The translations under genes were made by a program, and so were the position numbers. A stretch of DNA of 64,000 bases from Lachnospiraceae bacterium (lineage in GTDB: Bacteria > Bacillota > Clostridia > Lachnospirales > Lachnospiraceae): contig JBJENY010000054.1 in NCBI GenBank assembly GCA_051880435.1, forward strand, positions 616 through 64,615, written 5' to 3'. Position 1 is the first letter of the stretch, and every line of letters begins with the position of its first letter. Below, piece after piece: positions 1 through 8,916 of the stretch. The notes under the pieces are model-generated. The model saw only the letters and a list, made by a program, of their open reading frames with translations, had not been told where the DNA came from and searched no databases.

Positions 1-1
1 T

Positions 2-865
2 GTAACTGTCAGTGCCTTAATAAAAGATGAAACCATCTGGATTACGCAAAAAGCTATGGCTGAATTGTTCGGTGTGCAGACACCGGCAATCAGCAAGCAT
101 TTAAAAAATATTTTTGAGCAGGGAGAACTTCGTGAAGAAGTGGTAGTTTCCAAAATGGAAATACCCACTCCACACGGTGCGATTCCCGGAAAAACGCAGC
201 TTTCCCCTACCAATTATTACAATCTGGATGCCATTATTTCTGTAGGTTACAGAGTGAACTCCATTCAGGCAACCAGATTCCGTATATGGGCAACCAGTAT
301 TTTGAAAGAATATATGATAAAGGGCTTTGCTATGGATGACGAACGCCTGAAACAGGGTAAAACAGCTTTTGGAAAAGACTATTTAGATTCTGATACTGCA
401 TATCATTTTTATGCTACCATACAGAACAAATTCCACTATGCCATTACCGGCAAGACTGCGGCTGAAATTGTGTACAATCAGGCTGACCACACCAAAGAGA
501 ATATGGGATTAACTACATGGAAAAATGCTCCCGATGGTCGCATTCTCAAATCCGATACCCCGATTGCCAAAAACTACCTGGATGAAAAGCAAATCCGCCA
601 ACTGGAACGTGCTGTTACAGGATATTTTGATTACATAGAGGATTTGATTGAACGGGAGAATGTTTTCACAATGGAGGAATTCTCCAAAAGTGTAAATGAG
701 TTTCTTGAGTTCCGCAGATACGATATTCTGAAAGATAATGGGCGAATTTCCCATAAACAGGCAGTGGCGAAAGCATATCAGGAATACGATATCTTTAATA
801 AGACGCAACCTATAGAATCTGATTTTGATAGAATGGTCAAAGGGTTGTCAAAGACTGAAAAATAA
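2..865 (+). CDS. RhuM-family protein (5' end lies outside the window)
   Basis: The frame is open from nt 2 (VTVSALIKDETIWITQKAMAELFG...), so the listed ATG at 56 is internal. The block NYYNLDAIISVGYRVNSIQATRFRIWATSILKEY is the conserved core I associate with RhuM/virulence-protein family members. Stop TAA at 863-865. Confidence 0.75.
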   Translation, partial: VTVSALIKDETIWITQKAMAELFGVQTPAISKHLKNIFEQGELREEVVVSKMEIPTPHGAIPGKTQLSPTNYYNLDAIISVGYRVNSIQATRFRIWATSILKEYMIKGFAMDDERLKQGKTAFGKDYLDSDTAYHFYATIQNKFHYAITGKTAAEIVYNQADHTKENMGLTTWKNAPDGRILKSDTPIAKNYLDEKQIRQLERAVTGYFDYIEDLIERENVFTMEEFSKSVNEFLEFRRYDILKDNGRISHKQAVAKAYQEYDIFNKTQPIESDFDRMVKGLSKTEK

Positions 866-1037
866 ACCGTAACGGAAAATGTCAGTTATAAAACGAGAAG
901 TATTATTATGCAGGAGTTTATATCCGAAAAGCAATTTATAATTCTCTTTTTGGAATTGTGTTTCTGATAAGAAATGGTACAATTAAAACAATCGGATTTT
1001 GACGATTTTGTAAATTCCGATTTTCGATGCGATAGAG

Positions 1038-1391
1038 GTGATGATTTTGGGCGTTAGTAAAAAGGGCAGAAGAAAACTAACATACAATGAGAGACAATAT
1101 GTGTGGAATGTTCAAGAAGATAATGATAGCCCATATTATTGCTTAAATATCATATCAGATGATAAACAATTATTTTTAACTTTGCCACTAGGCTTGGATA
1201 TTAAATATGTGATTAGCAAAGGAAAAAGATTCCAGAGCAACAAAAGTAATGGGTGTTGGGAACGATATGTATGTCCGTTAGATATTCCTGAAATAATAAC
1301 ACACAAGATAGTAGCGGATATTATTAATTGGGCGGAGTATGGTAATGAAGCAGTAGTGTTAGAATATGAGGGAAAAGAATTCCCGGTATAA
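1038..1391 (+). CDS. hypothetical protein (about 117 aa), no recognisable motif
   Basis: It is the only long ORF in a 700-bp gap. An AGAGGTG purine run lies just upstream; the start could be GTG 1038, ATG 1041 or TTG 1047. A clean hairpin terminator follows. Confidence 0.45.
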   Translation: MMILGVSKKGRRKLTYNERQYVWNVQEDNDSPYYCLNIISDDKQLFLTLPLGLDIKYVISKGKRFQSNKSNGCWERYVCPLDIPEIITHKIVADIINWAEYGNEAVVLEYEGKEFPV

Positions 1392-1457
1392 CTAAAAATT
1401 TCAATTTGGACCTTTGTTAAGGATACTGAAATTAACAAGAAATAATGCATTTAGAAG

Positions 1458-1481
1458 GGGTGTTCAAATGAACACCCTTTT
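1458..1481 (+). terminator. intrinsic terminator after ORF 1038-1391
   Basis: GGGTGTTC (1458-1465), loop AAAT, GAACACCC (1470-1477), then TTTT. A second hairpin (TACAATC..GATTGTA + TCATTTTT) follows about 20 nt later. Confidence 0.7.
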
Positions 1482-1594
1482 GAACACCCCTAATGGTACA
1501 ATCGTTAAGATTGTATCATTTTTATTGTCCTAACGAACTGTTATGGACATCCGGATAGTAAAACTTTTATATTAAATACAATCAATTTAATCTT

Positions 1595-2818
1595 TTACTT
1601 TGTATTATCCTTCTTTAATTCATTCATTCTCATGGCACGTACCTTCAGCGGAAGACCCCATAAGGTAATGAAACCTTCTGCATCATGATGATCATACATA
1701 TCACCTGTTGTGAAAGATGCTAGAGACTCGCTGTATAATGAATATGGAGAAGTAGTACCATTCTTAATAATATTTCCTTTGTAAAGACGTAACTTTACTT
1801 CACCTGTTACACACTGTTGTGTTACATCCACAAATGCTGAAATCGCTTCTCTTACAGGTGTAAACCATTTTCCTTCATATACAATGCTTGCCAGCTTGCT
1901 TCCAAGCTCTAACTTAAGAGCGATGGTATCTCGGTCAAGTACAAGTTCCTCGAGCTGCTGATGTGATTCCATAAGGATGGTTCCGCCGGGAGTTTCGTAT
2001 ACGCCACGGCTCTTCATACCAACAACACGGTTCTCTACGATATCTACAATACCGATACCGTGCTTTCCACCAATGGTGTTAAGCTCTCTAATAATGTCAG
2101 CAACCTTCATTTTCTTTCCGTTAAGGGATGTTGGAACACCCTTTTCAAATGTAAGTGTTAATTCCTCGCCTTCATCAGGGGCTTTTTCAGGAGTTACACC
2201 AAGAACAAGCATATGGTCATAATTTGGTGCCTGAGAAGGATCTTCAAGCTCTAATCCCTCATGACTGATGTGCCAGATGTTTCTGTCACGGCTATATGAC
2301 TGGTCTGTGCCAAAAGGAAGGTCGATTCCATGAGCCTTACAATATTCAATCTCTGCTTCACGGGAATCCATCTGCCATTTGTCATCTCTCCATGGAGCAA
2401 TTACCTTAATATCAGGAGCCAATGCTTTGATACCTAATTCGAAACGAATCTGGTCATTACCTTTACCTGTTGCACCGTGGCAGATTGCAACAGCATTTTC
2501 TTTTCTTGCAATCTCAACTAACTTAGCAGCAATGGTTGGTCTTGCCATAGCGGTTCCCATGAGATATTTATGTTCGTAAACTGCACCTGCCTGTACGCAA
2601 GGCATAATGTAATTCTCGCATAAATCATCAACTACATCTTCAATGTAAAGCTTAGCCGCACCGGAAATACGTGCACGTTCCTCTAAACCATCAAGCTCTT
2701 CGCCCTGACCACAGTCAATACAGCAGCATACTACTTCATAACCGTAGGTTTCCTTTAACCATGGAATAACAGCAGTGGTGTCAAGTCCACCAGAATAAGC
2801 TAAAATAACCTTTTCCAT
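1595..2818 (-). CDS. argG: argininosuccinate synthase
   Basis: 407 aa. It has the N-terminal AYSGGLDTT PP-loop motif and reads colinearly like type-1 ArgG throughout (..RPTIAAKLVEIA..GATGKGNDQIRFE..). Confidence 0.95.
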   Translation of the reverse strand: MEKVILAYSGGLDTTAVIPWLKETYGYEVVCCCIDCGQGEELDGLEERARISGAAKLYIEDVVDDLCENYIMPCVQAGAVYEHKYLMGTAMARPTIAAKLVEIARKENAVAICHGATGKGNDQIRFELGIKALAPDIKVIAPWRDDKWQMDSREAEIEYCKAHGIDLPFGTDQSYSRDRNIWHISHEGLELEDPSQAPNYDHMLVLGVTPEKAPDEGEELTLTFEKGVPTSLNGKKMKVADIIRELNTIGGKHGIGIVDIVENRVVGMKSRGVYETPGGTILMESHQQLEELVLDRDTIALKLELGSKLASIVYEGKWFTPVREAISAFVDVTQQCVTGEVKLRLYKGNIIKNGTTSPYSLYSESLASFTTGDMYDHHDAEGFITLWGLPLKVRAMRMNELKKDNTK

Positions 2819-2865
2819 ATTTTTATCCTCTTTTCTTTAAATTATAATGCATTTTTACCTTGTTT

Positions 2866-2894
2866 ATCATACATGAAATGGTATAAAATGACAA
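2866..2894 (-). promoter_or_regulatory. candidate sigma-A promoter of argG
   Basis: On the minus strand: TTGTCA (2894-2889), 17-nt spacer, TATGAT (2871-2866). AAAAATGCATTATAAT downstream loosely resembles an ArgR/AhrC ARG box. Confidence 0.4.
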
Positions 2895-2899
2895 GTCTA

Positions 2900-3094
2900 T
2901 TATCTGGAATGACTTCTTTTAATTGTATCGTTTTTAATATGATAAGTAGGGGGTTTATTATCCGGGAGACAATGAGAAGCATCTTCATATTCTTCCCCTA
3001 CCATGTTGGAGTTCGTAAGACCATATAAAGTTGCACCTATGGCACAAATGACACCTAATGTAATACCAATGATAAGGCCTAATATTATGTTCAT
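2900..3094 (-). CDS. small single-pass membrane protein (64 aa)
   Basis: ATG 3094 is preceded by GGGAGG 9 nt upstream. One TM helix (IILGLIIGITLGVICAIGATLYGL). It starts 4 nt after the stop of the upstream same-strand gene. The track start at 3121 lacks an RBS. Confidence 0.5.
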   Translation of the reverse strand: MNIILGLIIGITLGVICAIGATLYGLTNSNMVGEEYEDASHCLPDNKPPTYHIKNDTIKRSHSR

Positions 3095-3098
3095 ATAA

Positions 3099-4241
3099 TC
3101 AATCCTCCCTTCTGTTTGCATATGATGTCATATGCCTAGAGGCTAACTGCTGCATTCCTAATTTGTATTTGTTATAACCTTTGATGCCACTGACTACAAA
3201 AATTGCGGTTATAATAACCGGAAAAATAAACAGCATAAGTAGTGGAGGAAAAGAAAGAAACAGTATGGAAAAAAGGCTGTATATGGTACAGGCAATGGCA
3301 GCATTTTTAATAAACATACCAATAAAACGTCCTTTTTCAACCGGAAGATTACCTACAACTTTTCCAGTCTGTCCGTTTACGATAATCAGCTCTTTTCTAT
3401 TATCAAACTGAATGTTAACAAAGTAAGCAGGCAACAGGGCATAGGTCACATCCTGTAATTCGTATTCCTCTTCTGTGTCGGATTCACTAAAGTTTGCAAT
3501 GTTACCGGATTTTGTAGGAATCATGTTTGCTTTAGGACATGAATTTAAAATCTCTAAATTCATGAATCGACGGCAGCGTTTTTGCACCTGTCCCTTTAAT
3601 GCATCCTGGGGAACATCGTATTTGTCTGCATAATATCCTGATAAATAAGTCACATCAAAATCTTCTAAATCTTTCATATGATAAGGTTCTAATCGACGAG
3701 ATAAATCGTTACTAAGTTTTAACGAAGCATCCATAGGTACGTTTTCGTAAGTACAGGAAACATCCCTGTTATAGATATATCGGTCGTTATCATCTCTAGC
3801 GGTGATTGTGGTTTTCTTTCGTACATAAGCACTATACAGCCAATAAGGAATATAAATGGCACGGACTTTTTCCGGTGTCAGTTCCTTGATTTTGGCTGGA
3901 ACATAACTGCCATGGCTAAAATGTTCTTTGATACTTGATAATGCCTGATTTTCCGTAATTTTAAATGGTATAATTTTTTTCGGTTTTTCCTCCTTTGATA
4001 CACGCGCATGCACAATGGATGGAGAACCACAGTAGCTGCAAAATGTGGAAGACTGGGTTTTTCCTACCATTAAGTCAGCACCACAGGAAGAACAGTGATA
4101 GATGTTCATTTCCATATATTCTTTTTCCTGTGAATCGTATTCCTCTTTTGATGAAAGTCCGTCACAGTAACTGCATTTCATCATACCGGATTCCACATCA
4201 TATACGAGCGGACCGCCGCAATTTGGACATTTAATATTCAT
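3099..4241 (-). CDS. double zinc-ribbon, C-terminally membrane-anchored protein of unknown function
   Basis: 380 aa. Two CxxC..CxxC modules (CPNCGG..CSYCDG; CSSCGA..CSYCGS), a soluble domain of about 230 aa, and hydrophobic C-terminal helices (AIACTIYSLFSILFLSF.., IFPVIITAIFVVSGI). Confidence 0.7.
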   Translation of the reverse strand: MNIKCPNCGGPLVYDVESGMMKCSYCDGLSSKEEYDSQEKEYMEMNIYHCSSCGADLMVGKTQSSTFCSYCGSPSIVHARVSKEEKPKKIIPFKITENQALSSIKEHFSHGSYVPAKIKELTPEKVRAIYIPYWLYSAYVRKKTTITARDDNDRYIYNRDVSCTYENVPMDASLKLSNDLSRRLEPYHMKDLEDFDVTYLSGYYADKYDVPQDALKGQVQKRCRRFMNLEILNSCPKANMIPTKSGNIANFSESDTEEEYELQDVTYALLPAYFVNIQFDNRKELIIVNGQTGKVVGNLPVEKGRFIGMFIKNAAIACTIYSLFSILFLSFPPLLMLFIFPVIITAIFVVSGIKGYNKYKLGMQQLASRHMTSYANRRED

Positions 4242-4309
4242 AGAACTCCCCCTTGTGTATAGAATCGTTACTTTTTATCTAAAGACAATTTTATAAGAAT
4301 TAGCCTTGT

Positions 4310-4327
4310 TTTGCAACCGGTTGCAAA
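4310..4327. promoter_or_regulatory. perfect 18-bp palindrome TTTGCAACCGGTTGCAAA (operator candidate)
   Basis: Read directly from the sequence. It lies in the 270-bp divergent region between the zinc-ribbon gene (-) and the GGDEF gene (+). Confidence 0.4.
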
Positions 4328-4514
4328 TAAATATCATAAGGTTGATAAAATGAATAATCTGAAACTATAGTTTTGACGAAAACTGTAATAATTTGTATAT
4401 ACGTGACGAAGAAATGATTTTATGATATACTGCAATTGCAATTAACGAAAATTATCCGATAAAGGATTTAAAACAACCGAGATATGAGAATGAACATAAG
4501 ATGGGAGTTTGAAC

Positions 4515-6650
4515 ATGAATATTACAAACTTAGAGATGACACAGGCTACAATAGAAATATTCGGTGGATTTATTTGCATTATGCTGGCACTGATTATCAT
4601 GATAAATGGTTATGAAAGAAAAAGCTGGAAATTGTTGAAATGGATGACTTTCTCTGTTTCCGGAATCTTTTTCTCCGATGCGCTGGCTTACATTTTTCGA
4701 GGTAATACCGGCCCATTGGCAATGTTGTTTACCAGATGTTGTAATTTTCTGGTGTTTTTATTCAATGTTGTATTGGTTAACATGTTTATTCATTATGTTT
4801 ATAGTTTGTTACAGGAAAAAGGTGTAGTGCCAAGTAAGATATATAAAAATATTGTGGGTATTTGTGTGATATTAAATATTGCCATACTGATTACCAATTG
4901 GTTTACAAAATGGATGTACTATTTTGATGAATCTAATTGTTATCATAGAAATACCGGATGGTATGCATACACAGTATTGGGCCTTGTTTGTATTCTTACA
5001 AGCTGTGTCATGAGTATCCGGTATCGGAAGGCGATAAGAAAAACAATGCTTGCGGCCCTGTTGTTTTATGCTGTTGCACCGGTAATTGCCATTGTAATTC
5101 AGGCCTTTATTTACGGAATATCCATTACCAATATTGGAATCTTTATCGCATTGATTTTCATGCTTCTAGCATATTTAAAGGAATGGAGTAAAGCGAAGGA
5201 AAGCAACGATAAGGAACGAAAATCCCGTGATATTGTTATTTTAATGGTAATCATGACAATTAGTATGAGTGCCTCTGTTATTTCATGCATTGTATCCATT
5301 GATCATATTTCCCAAAAAAATTCGAAAAGTAATAGTATTCTGATTGCCCATATGGTAAATGACCGCATAGAAAATGAATTTCTAAGACCGATTGTGGTGG
5401 CGGAAACCATGTCTAATGATTATAGTCTGAAAGAGTATATGAAAAAGAGTGGAACCGTTTCGCCGAAAAGTGTTGAAAAAGAGGTGGCGGCATATTTGGA
5501 GTCTATTCGTATCGGGTTTGGATATCAGATGGTATTTTCTGTTTGTGATGCATCAAAAGCATATTATACCTATGATGGCATCAGCCAGTATGTAGATATG
5601 GATGATAAGGGACATGATATCTGGTACAAGCTTTTTTTAGAAGAAGGAAAACATTATGATCTGGATGTGGATACAGATGCAGCCAATCATTGGGAACTGT
5701 CTGTTTTTGTGAATACGGAGATTAAAGATGAAAATGGTAAGCTTTTGGGAGTTTGTGGCGTTGGTGTTGAAATGACAAAGCTGCAGGAGCTTTTGAAACA
5801 GTTTGAAACAGAATACAATGTGAAGATAGCTTTGATTGACAAAGAAGGTTTGATTCAAATCGATTCGGATGGTAAAAGAATAGAGAAAGACTACATTGAA
5901 AATGATTATTTGAAAAATGTTAATTCCAAAGAATTTTATTATGAAGAAGGAGCAGATACCAGTCGTATGACAAAGTATATGGAGGACCTGGATTGGTATC
6001 TTGTTGTGGAGGATTATGAGCCGGATAAAATGAACGCCTTTAAACTTGCCACCTCAAGTATTATTATCTTCATAATAGGATTAATAATGATGGGAATTGT
6101 TTTTTCTGTTATTACAATTCGTGAGCGAAAGGCATCCAGAGAGCTTCAGGAGAAAAGAAAAATATCCATTACAGATGATATGACAGGTCTCCTTAATCAT
6201 CGTGCTTATGAAGAAGACTGTGTAAAAATTGTTGAAAATAATAGTATCCCCCAGATTACCATGATTATGATGGATGTCAATGGATTAAAGACAGCCAATG
6301 ACACTTATGGACATATGGCGGGAGATGAGCTGATTATCGGAGCGGCCAAGTGTATTCAGACCGCTATGGGTGAATATGGAAAGGTGTATCGAATCGGTGG
6401 GGATGAATTTGTGGCAATTTTAGAATGTACAAAGGAACAATTAGAGGATATGCTTCAAACCTTTGAACACATTTTAGAAAGCTGGAAAGGCTCATATCAA
6501 TGTGAATTATCCATTTCTAAAGGTGTTGTGATGTTTGGAGAACATGAAAATCTCACTCTTGAAGAGATGAGAAATCTGGCAGACAAACGGATGTATGAGG
6601 ATAAGAATGAATACTATAGACGCACTGGTAAGCCCCATAGGAAAATGTAG
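4515..6650 (+). CDS. membrane-bound diguanylate cyclase (polytopic N-domain + Cache-like sensor + GGDEF)
   Basis: The C-terminal domain carries DVNGLKTANDTYGHMAGDE and YRIGGDEFV. About 6-7 N-terminal TM helices, an extracytoplasmic segment, then another TM. GGGAG lies 7 nt before ATG 4515; the track start 4509 is TTG. Confidence 0.85.
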   Translation: MNITNLEMTQATIEIFGGFICIMLALIIMINGYERKSWKLLKWMTFSVSGIFFSDALAYIFRGNTGPLAMLFTRCCNFLVFLFNVVLVNMFIHYVYSLLQEKGVVPSKIYKNIVGICVILNIAILITNWFTKWMYYFDESNCYHRNTGWYAYTVLGLVCILTSCVMSIRYRKAIRKTMLAALLFYAVAPVIAIVIQAFIYGISITNIGIFIALIFMLLAYLKEWSKAKESNDKERKSRDIVILMVIMTISMSASVISCIVSIDHISQKNSKSNSILIAHMVNDRIENEFLRPIVVAETMSNDYSLKEYMKKSGTVSPKSVEKEVAAYLESIRIGFGYQMVFSVCDASKAYYTYDGISQYVDMDDKGHDIWYKLFLEEGKHYDLDVDTDAANHWELSVFVNTEIKDENGKLLGVCGVGVEMTKLQELLKQFETEYNVKIALIDKEGLIQIDSDGKRIEKDYIENDYLKNVNSKEFYYEEGADTSRMTKYMEDLDWYLVVEDYEPDKMNAFKLATSSIIIFIIGLIMMGIVFSVITIRERKASRELQEKRKISITDDMTGLLNHRAYEEDCVKIVENNSIPQITMIMMDVNGLKTANDTYGHMAGDELIIGAAKCIQTAMGEYGKVYRIGGDEFVAILECTKEQLEDMLQTFEHILESWKGSYQCELSISKGVVMFGEHENLTLEEMRNLADKRMYEDKNEYYRRTGKPHRKM

Positions 6651-6706
6651 TAAAACTCGGAGGGAATCATTTACCATATCCTTGGAATGAAAGAGGAGGA
6701 ATGAAA

Positions 6707-7135
6707 ATGAAGAAAAAGATAATGTTTGTTGCAACGGTTGGTATGATGGCTGTAGCAGCATGTGGATGCGGACAAGAAAACAGTTCCGGAAAAGTTGCAG
6801 ATGATGTGAACACAGAAAGCATCCGGGAGACTGCCGGTACATCGGAATCGATATCAGAAATAGAAACCACAGAGGTGATGGCAGATGGGACAGACAACGC
6901 AGTAGCTGATTCAGAAAAATCAGAAGATAACACTTCGACCTTAGAGGGCGAGTTTGTCGGCTGGGCAGATAGTCATACCATAGAAGTAAAAGTAGAGGAT
7001 GGTCCAATGGCATTCCAGGTTGAGGATGAATCTGTAAAAGAAATCTTGGAAGGTTTTAAAGAAGGAACCCTTTTTACTTTCGAGATAGAATGGGACGATA
7101 ACGGTCAACGGATTACGAAGGTATTGGGAGAGTAA
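6707..7135 (+). CDS. acidic lipoprotein, unknown function
   Basis: Signal peptide with lipobox VAAC|G. The GAGGAGGA RBS favours the second ATG (6707). The mature part is rich in D/E. Confidence 0.65.
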   Translation: MKKKIMFVATVGMMAVAACGCGQENSSGKVADDVNTESIRETAGTSESISEIETTEVMADGTDNAVADSEKSEDNTSTLEGEFVGWADSHTIEVKVEDGPMAFQVEDESVKEILEGFKEGTLFTFEIEWDDNGQRITKVLGE

Positions 7136-7159
7136 TATGAAGTATTGACGCAGGGAAGA

Positions 7160-8032
7160 TTAATCATCTTCCTCTGCGTCATTTTCATTTGAGTATTCCT
7201 CGTCATCTTCTTCCATTACGTCATCGCTGTCATCATCTTCCTCTTCGTTAACTTGTGTGTCGTTATCATCATCAGTATCATCACTGTCGTCGCTTTCATC
7301 ATCGTTGTTGTCATCGTTGTCATCGTCGATGATATCATTATCATTAATATGTTCATTCTCTCCAGTATCAACATTTTCTGTTGTAGATTGTTCTTCGTAC
7401 CTTTCTTTATACTCGGCTGTATTAGCTACAGATGTTGTACTTTGTTCGGATTCGGAATTCTGTTCTTTTGTTGTATCTGGTTTATCTTTATCTGTCGTGA
7501 TTTTGATTGTCCCATTAAAGTGGTTTTCTAATTCTCTTGTTATATCATCTGATATCTGTTTTTTCCAGGATTTATGATGTGAAGAGACGCTAATATGTAT
7601 TATGCCATTTTCATGCAAATATCCCATCAATATGGCACGGTCGGCTAGTTCGTCCAACACAACTTCTATTTTTTTTCCTTTGTAGTGGTAATTATTTATT
7701 AGATTTTCTCCGTCAGAATTTATTGCTTTAATACTGGTTACGTGTCTTTGGCGGTTTACTGTTATCTCTACATCCGGGTTAATCTGCATTCGAATGACAC
7801 CATATGATACATATGAGGAATACCAGGAACCAAGAAGAAACAGACATAGACATGCAGCCATTACCATCCATTTTAATGCATAGGTTTTTGTATGAGTTTC
7901 TTCTCTGTAAGCTACCACGTTCGATACAATTTGGCCTGTCTTGTAATTCATATTTGCAATGTTTAAAAAACTACCTTTTTCATCTAAGGCAACTGCGTAT
8001 GCTTCATGGCACTCCATGATTAAATATTTCAT
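7160..8032 (-). CDS. rsgI: anti-sigma-I factor RsgI-like, with poly-acidic C-terminal tail
   Basis: The N-terminus MKYLIMECHEAYAVALDEKGSFLNIANMNYKTGQIV resembles the RsgI N-domain. One TM (WMVMAACLCLFLLGSW) and a juxtamembrane extracytoplasmic domain containing INPDV. The last ~100 aa are mostly D/E/N. ATGA start/stop overlap with the sigma gene (8029-8032). Confidence 0.8.
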   Translation of the reverse strand: MKYLIMECHEAYAVALDEKGSFLNIANMNYKTGQIVSNVVAYREETHTKTYALKWMVMAACLCLFLLGSWYSSYVSYGVIRMQINPDVEITVNRQRHVTSIKAINSDGENLINNYHYKGKKIEVVLDELADRAILMGYLHENGIIHISVSSHHKSWKKQISDDITRELENHFNGTIKITTDKDKPDTTKEQNSESEQSTTSVANTAEYKERYEEQSTTENVDTGENEHINDNDIIDDDNDDNNDDESDDSDDTDDDNDTQVNEEEDDDSDDVMEEDDEEYSNENDAEEDD

Positions 8033-8772
8033 TCTTTTTTTCCTCCCCGTTTTATTTGGCATAAATGTCCTCGGATAATTTCAAAACCATTTGTAAATGC
8101 AAGAAAAATGGCAATGATATATTTACGATGCCTTTCTAATGTCTTACGTTGCAATCCGGTTGCTTCACACAACTTTCCGATAGGTAATTGTTTTTTATCA
8201 ATCATTTCATCCAGTAAATTTCTGTGTGATTTAACATAATCCAAGGCATCCATGCATACCTGTAAGGTTCTGTCCTGCTTTGGACAAGAATCTGCTACTT
8301 CTGTCATTGAGATGGCAAATTCACTTAACTGGCTAATAAAATGATTGATTTCTGCTTGTGTGGCCATTGTCTGTTCTATTTCGCAAATATCGTCTGATTT
8401 GTCTTGTATTTTGTTACCACGAGTTTCTTCTTTATCACTATATGAATTATTAAATGGCTGATCCAAAGAGATCATTCCTCTATGTTTTTTTTCTTGACGG
8501 TAATAATCAATTAGGCGATTGCGTATGACACGTTCAGCAAATTTTATAAATGTACCTCTATTCTTCTGGTACTGTAGCATTGCCTCATAAAATGCAAACA
8601 TAGCGATGCTTAATTCATCATCCAAGCCATCTTGGGGAGATTTTTTTGTAAATTTTGTTGTTTGTACCTTAATAAAAGGCATATACTGACGAATAAACTG
8701 GTCCGCAGTATCTTGGTCATGTTTTGCACGCTCAAGTATATTTGTTAAATTAACTTCTTCATCCTTTATCAT
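8029..8772 (-). CDS. sigI: RNA polymerase sigma factor SigI-like
   Basis: FIRQYMPFIKVQTTKF..DDELSIAMFAFYEAMLQY..FIKFAERVIRNRLIDYYRQE is colinear with B. subtilis SigI as I recall it. GGGAGAAAGGA RBS precedes ATG 8772. It is coupled to an RsgI-type gene. Confidence 0.85.
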   Translation of the reverse strand: MIKDEEVNLTNILERAKHDQDTADQFIRQYMPFIKVQTTKFTKKSPQDGLDDELSIAMFAFYEAMLQYQKNRGTFIKFAERVIRNRLIDYYRQEKKHRGMISLDQPFNNSYSDKEETRGNKIQDKSDDICEIEQTMATQAEINHFISQLSEFAISMTEVADSCPKQDRTLQVCMDALDYVKSHRNLLDEMIDKKQLPIGKLCEATGLQRKTLERHRKYIIAIFLAFTNGFEIIRGHLCQIKRGGKKE

Positions 8773-8916
8773 AGTTATCCTTTCTCCCAATAAACCAACT
8801 TGATTTGACGCATAACATCCATAACTTTAGTCGTGGTAATGATAATATATTTCTTTAGTCATGGGAAAACAAGCAGAGGTAACTTATTTAAAAGTACGCC
8901 CTGCCTGTTTTCATAA

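Noticed and set aside
6507-7013. Listed minus-strand ORFs 6507-7013 (168 aa) and 6667-6933.
   Set aside because: They overlap the end of the GGDEF gene and the lipoprotein gene on the opposite strand. They have no RBS and a Leu/Ser/Pro-rich shadow composition.
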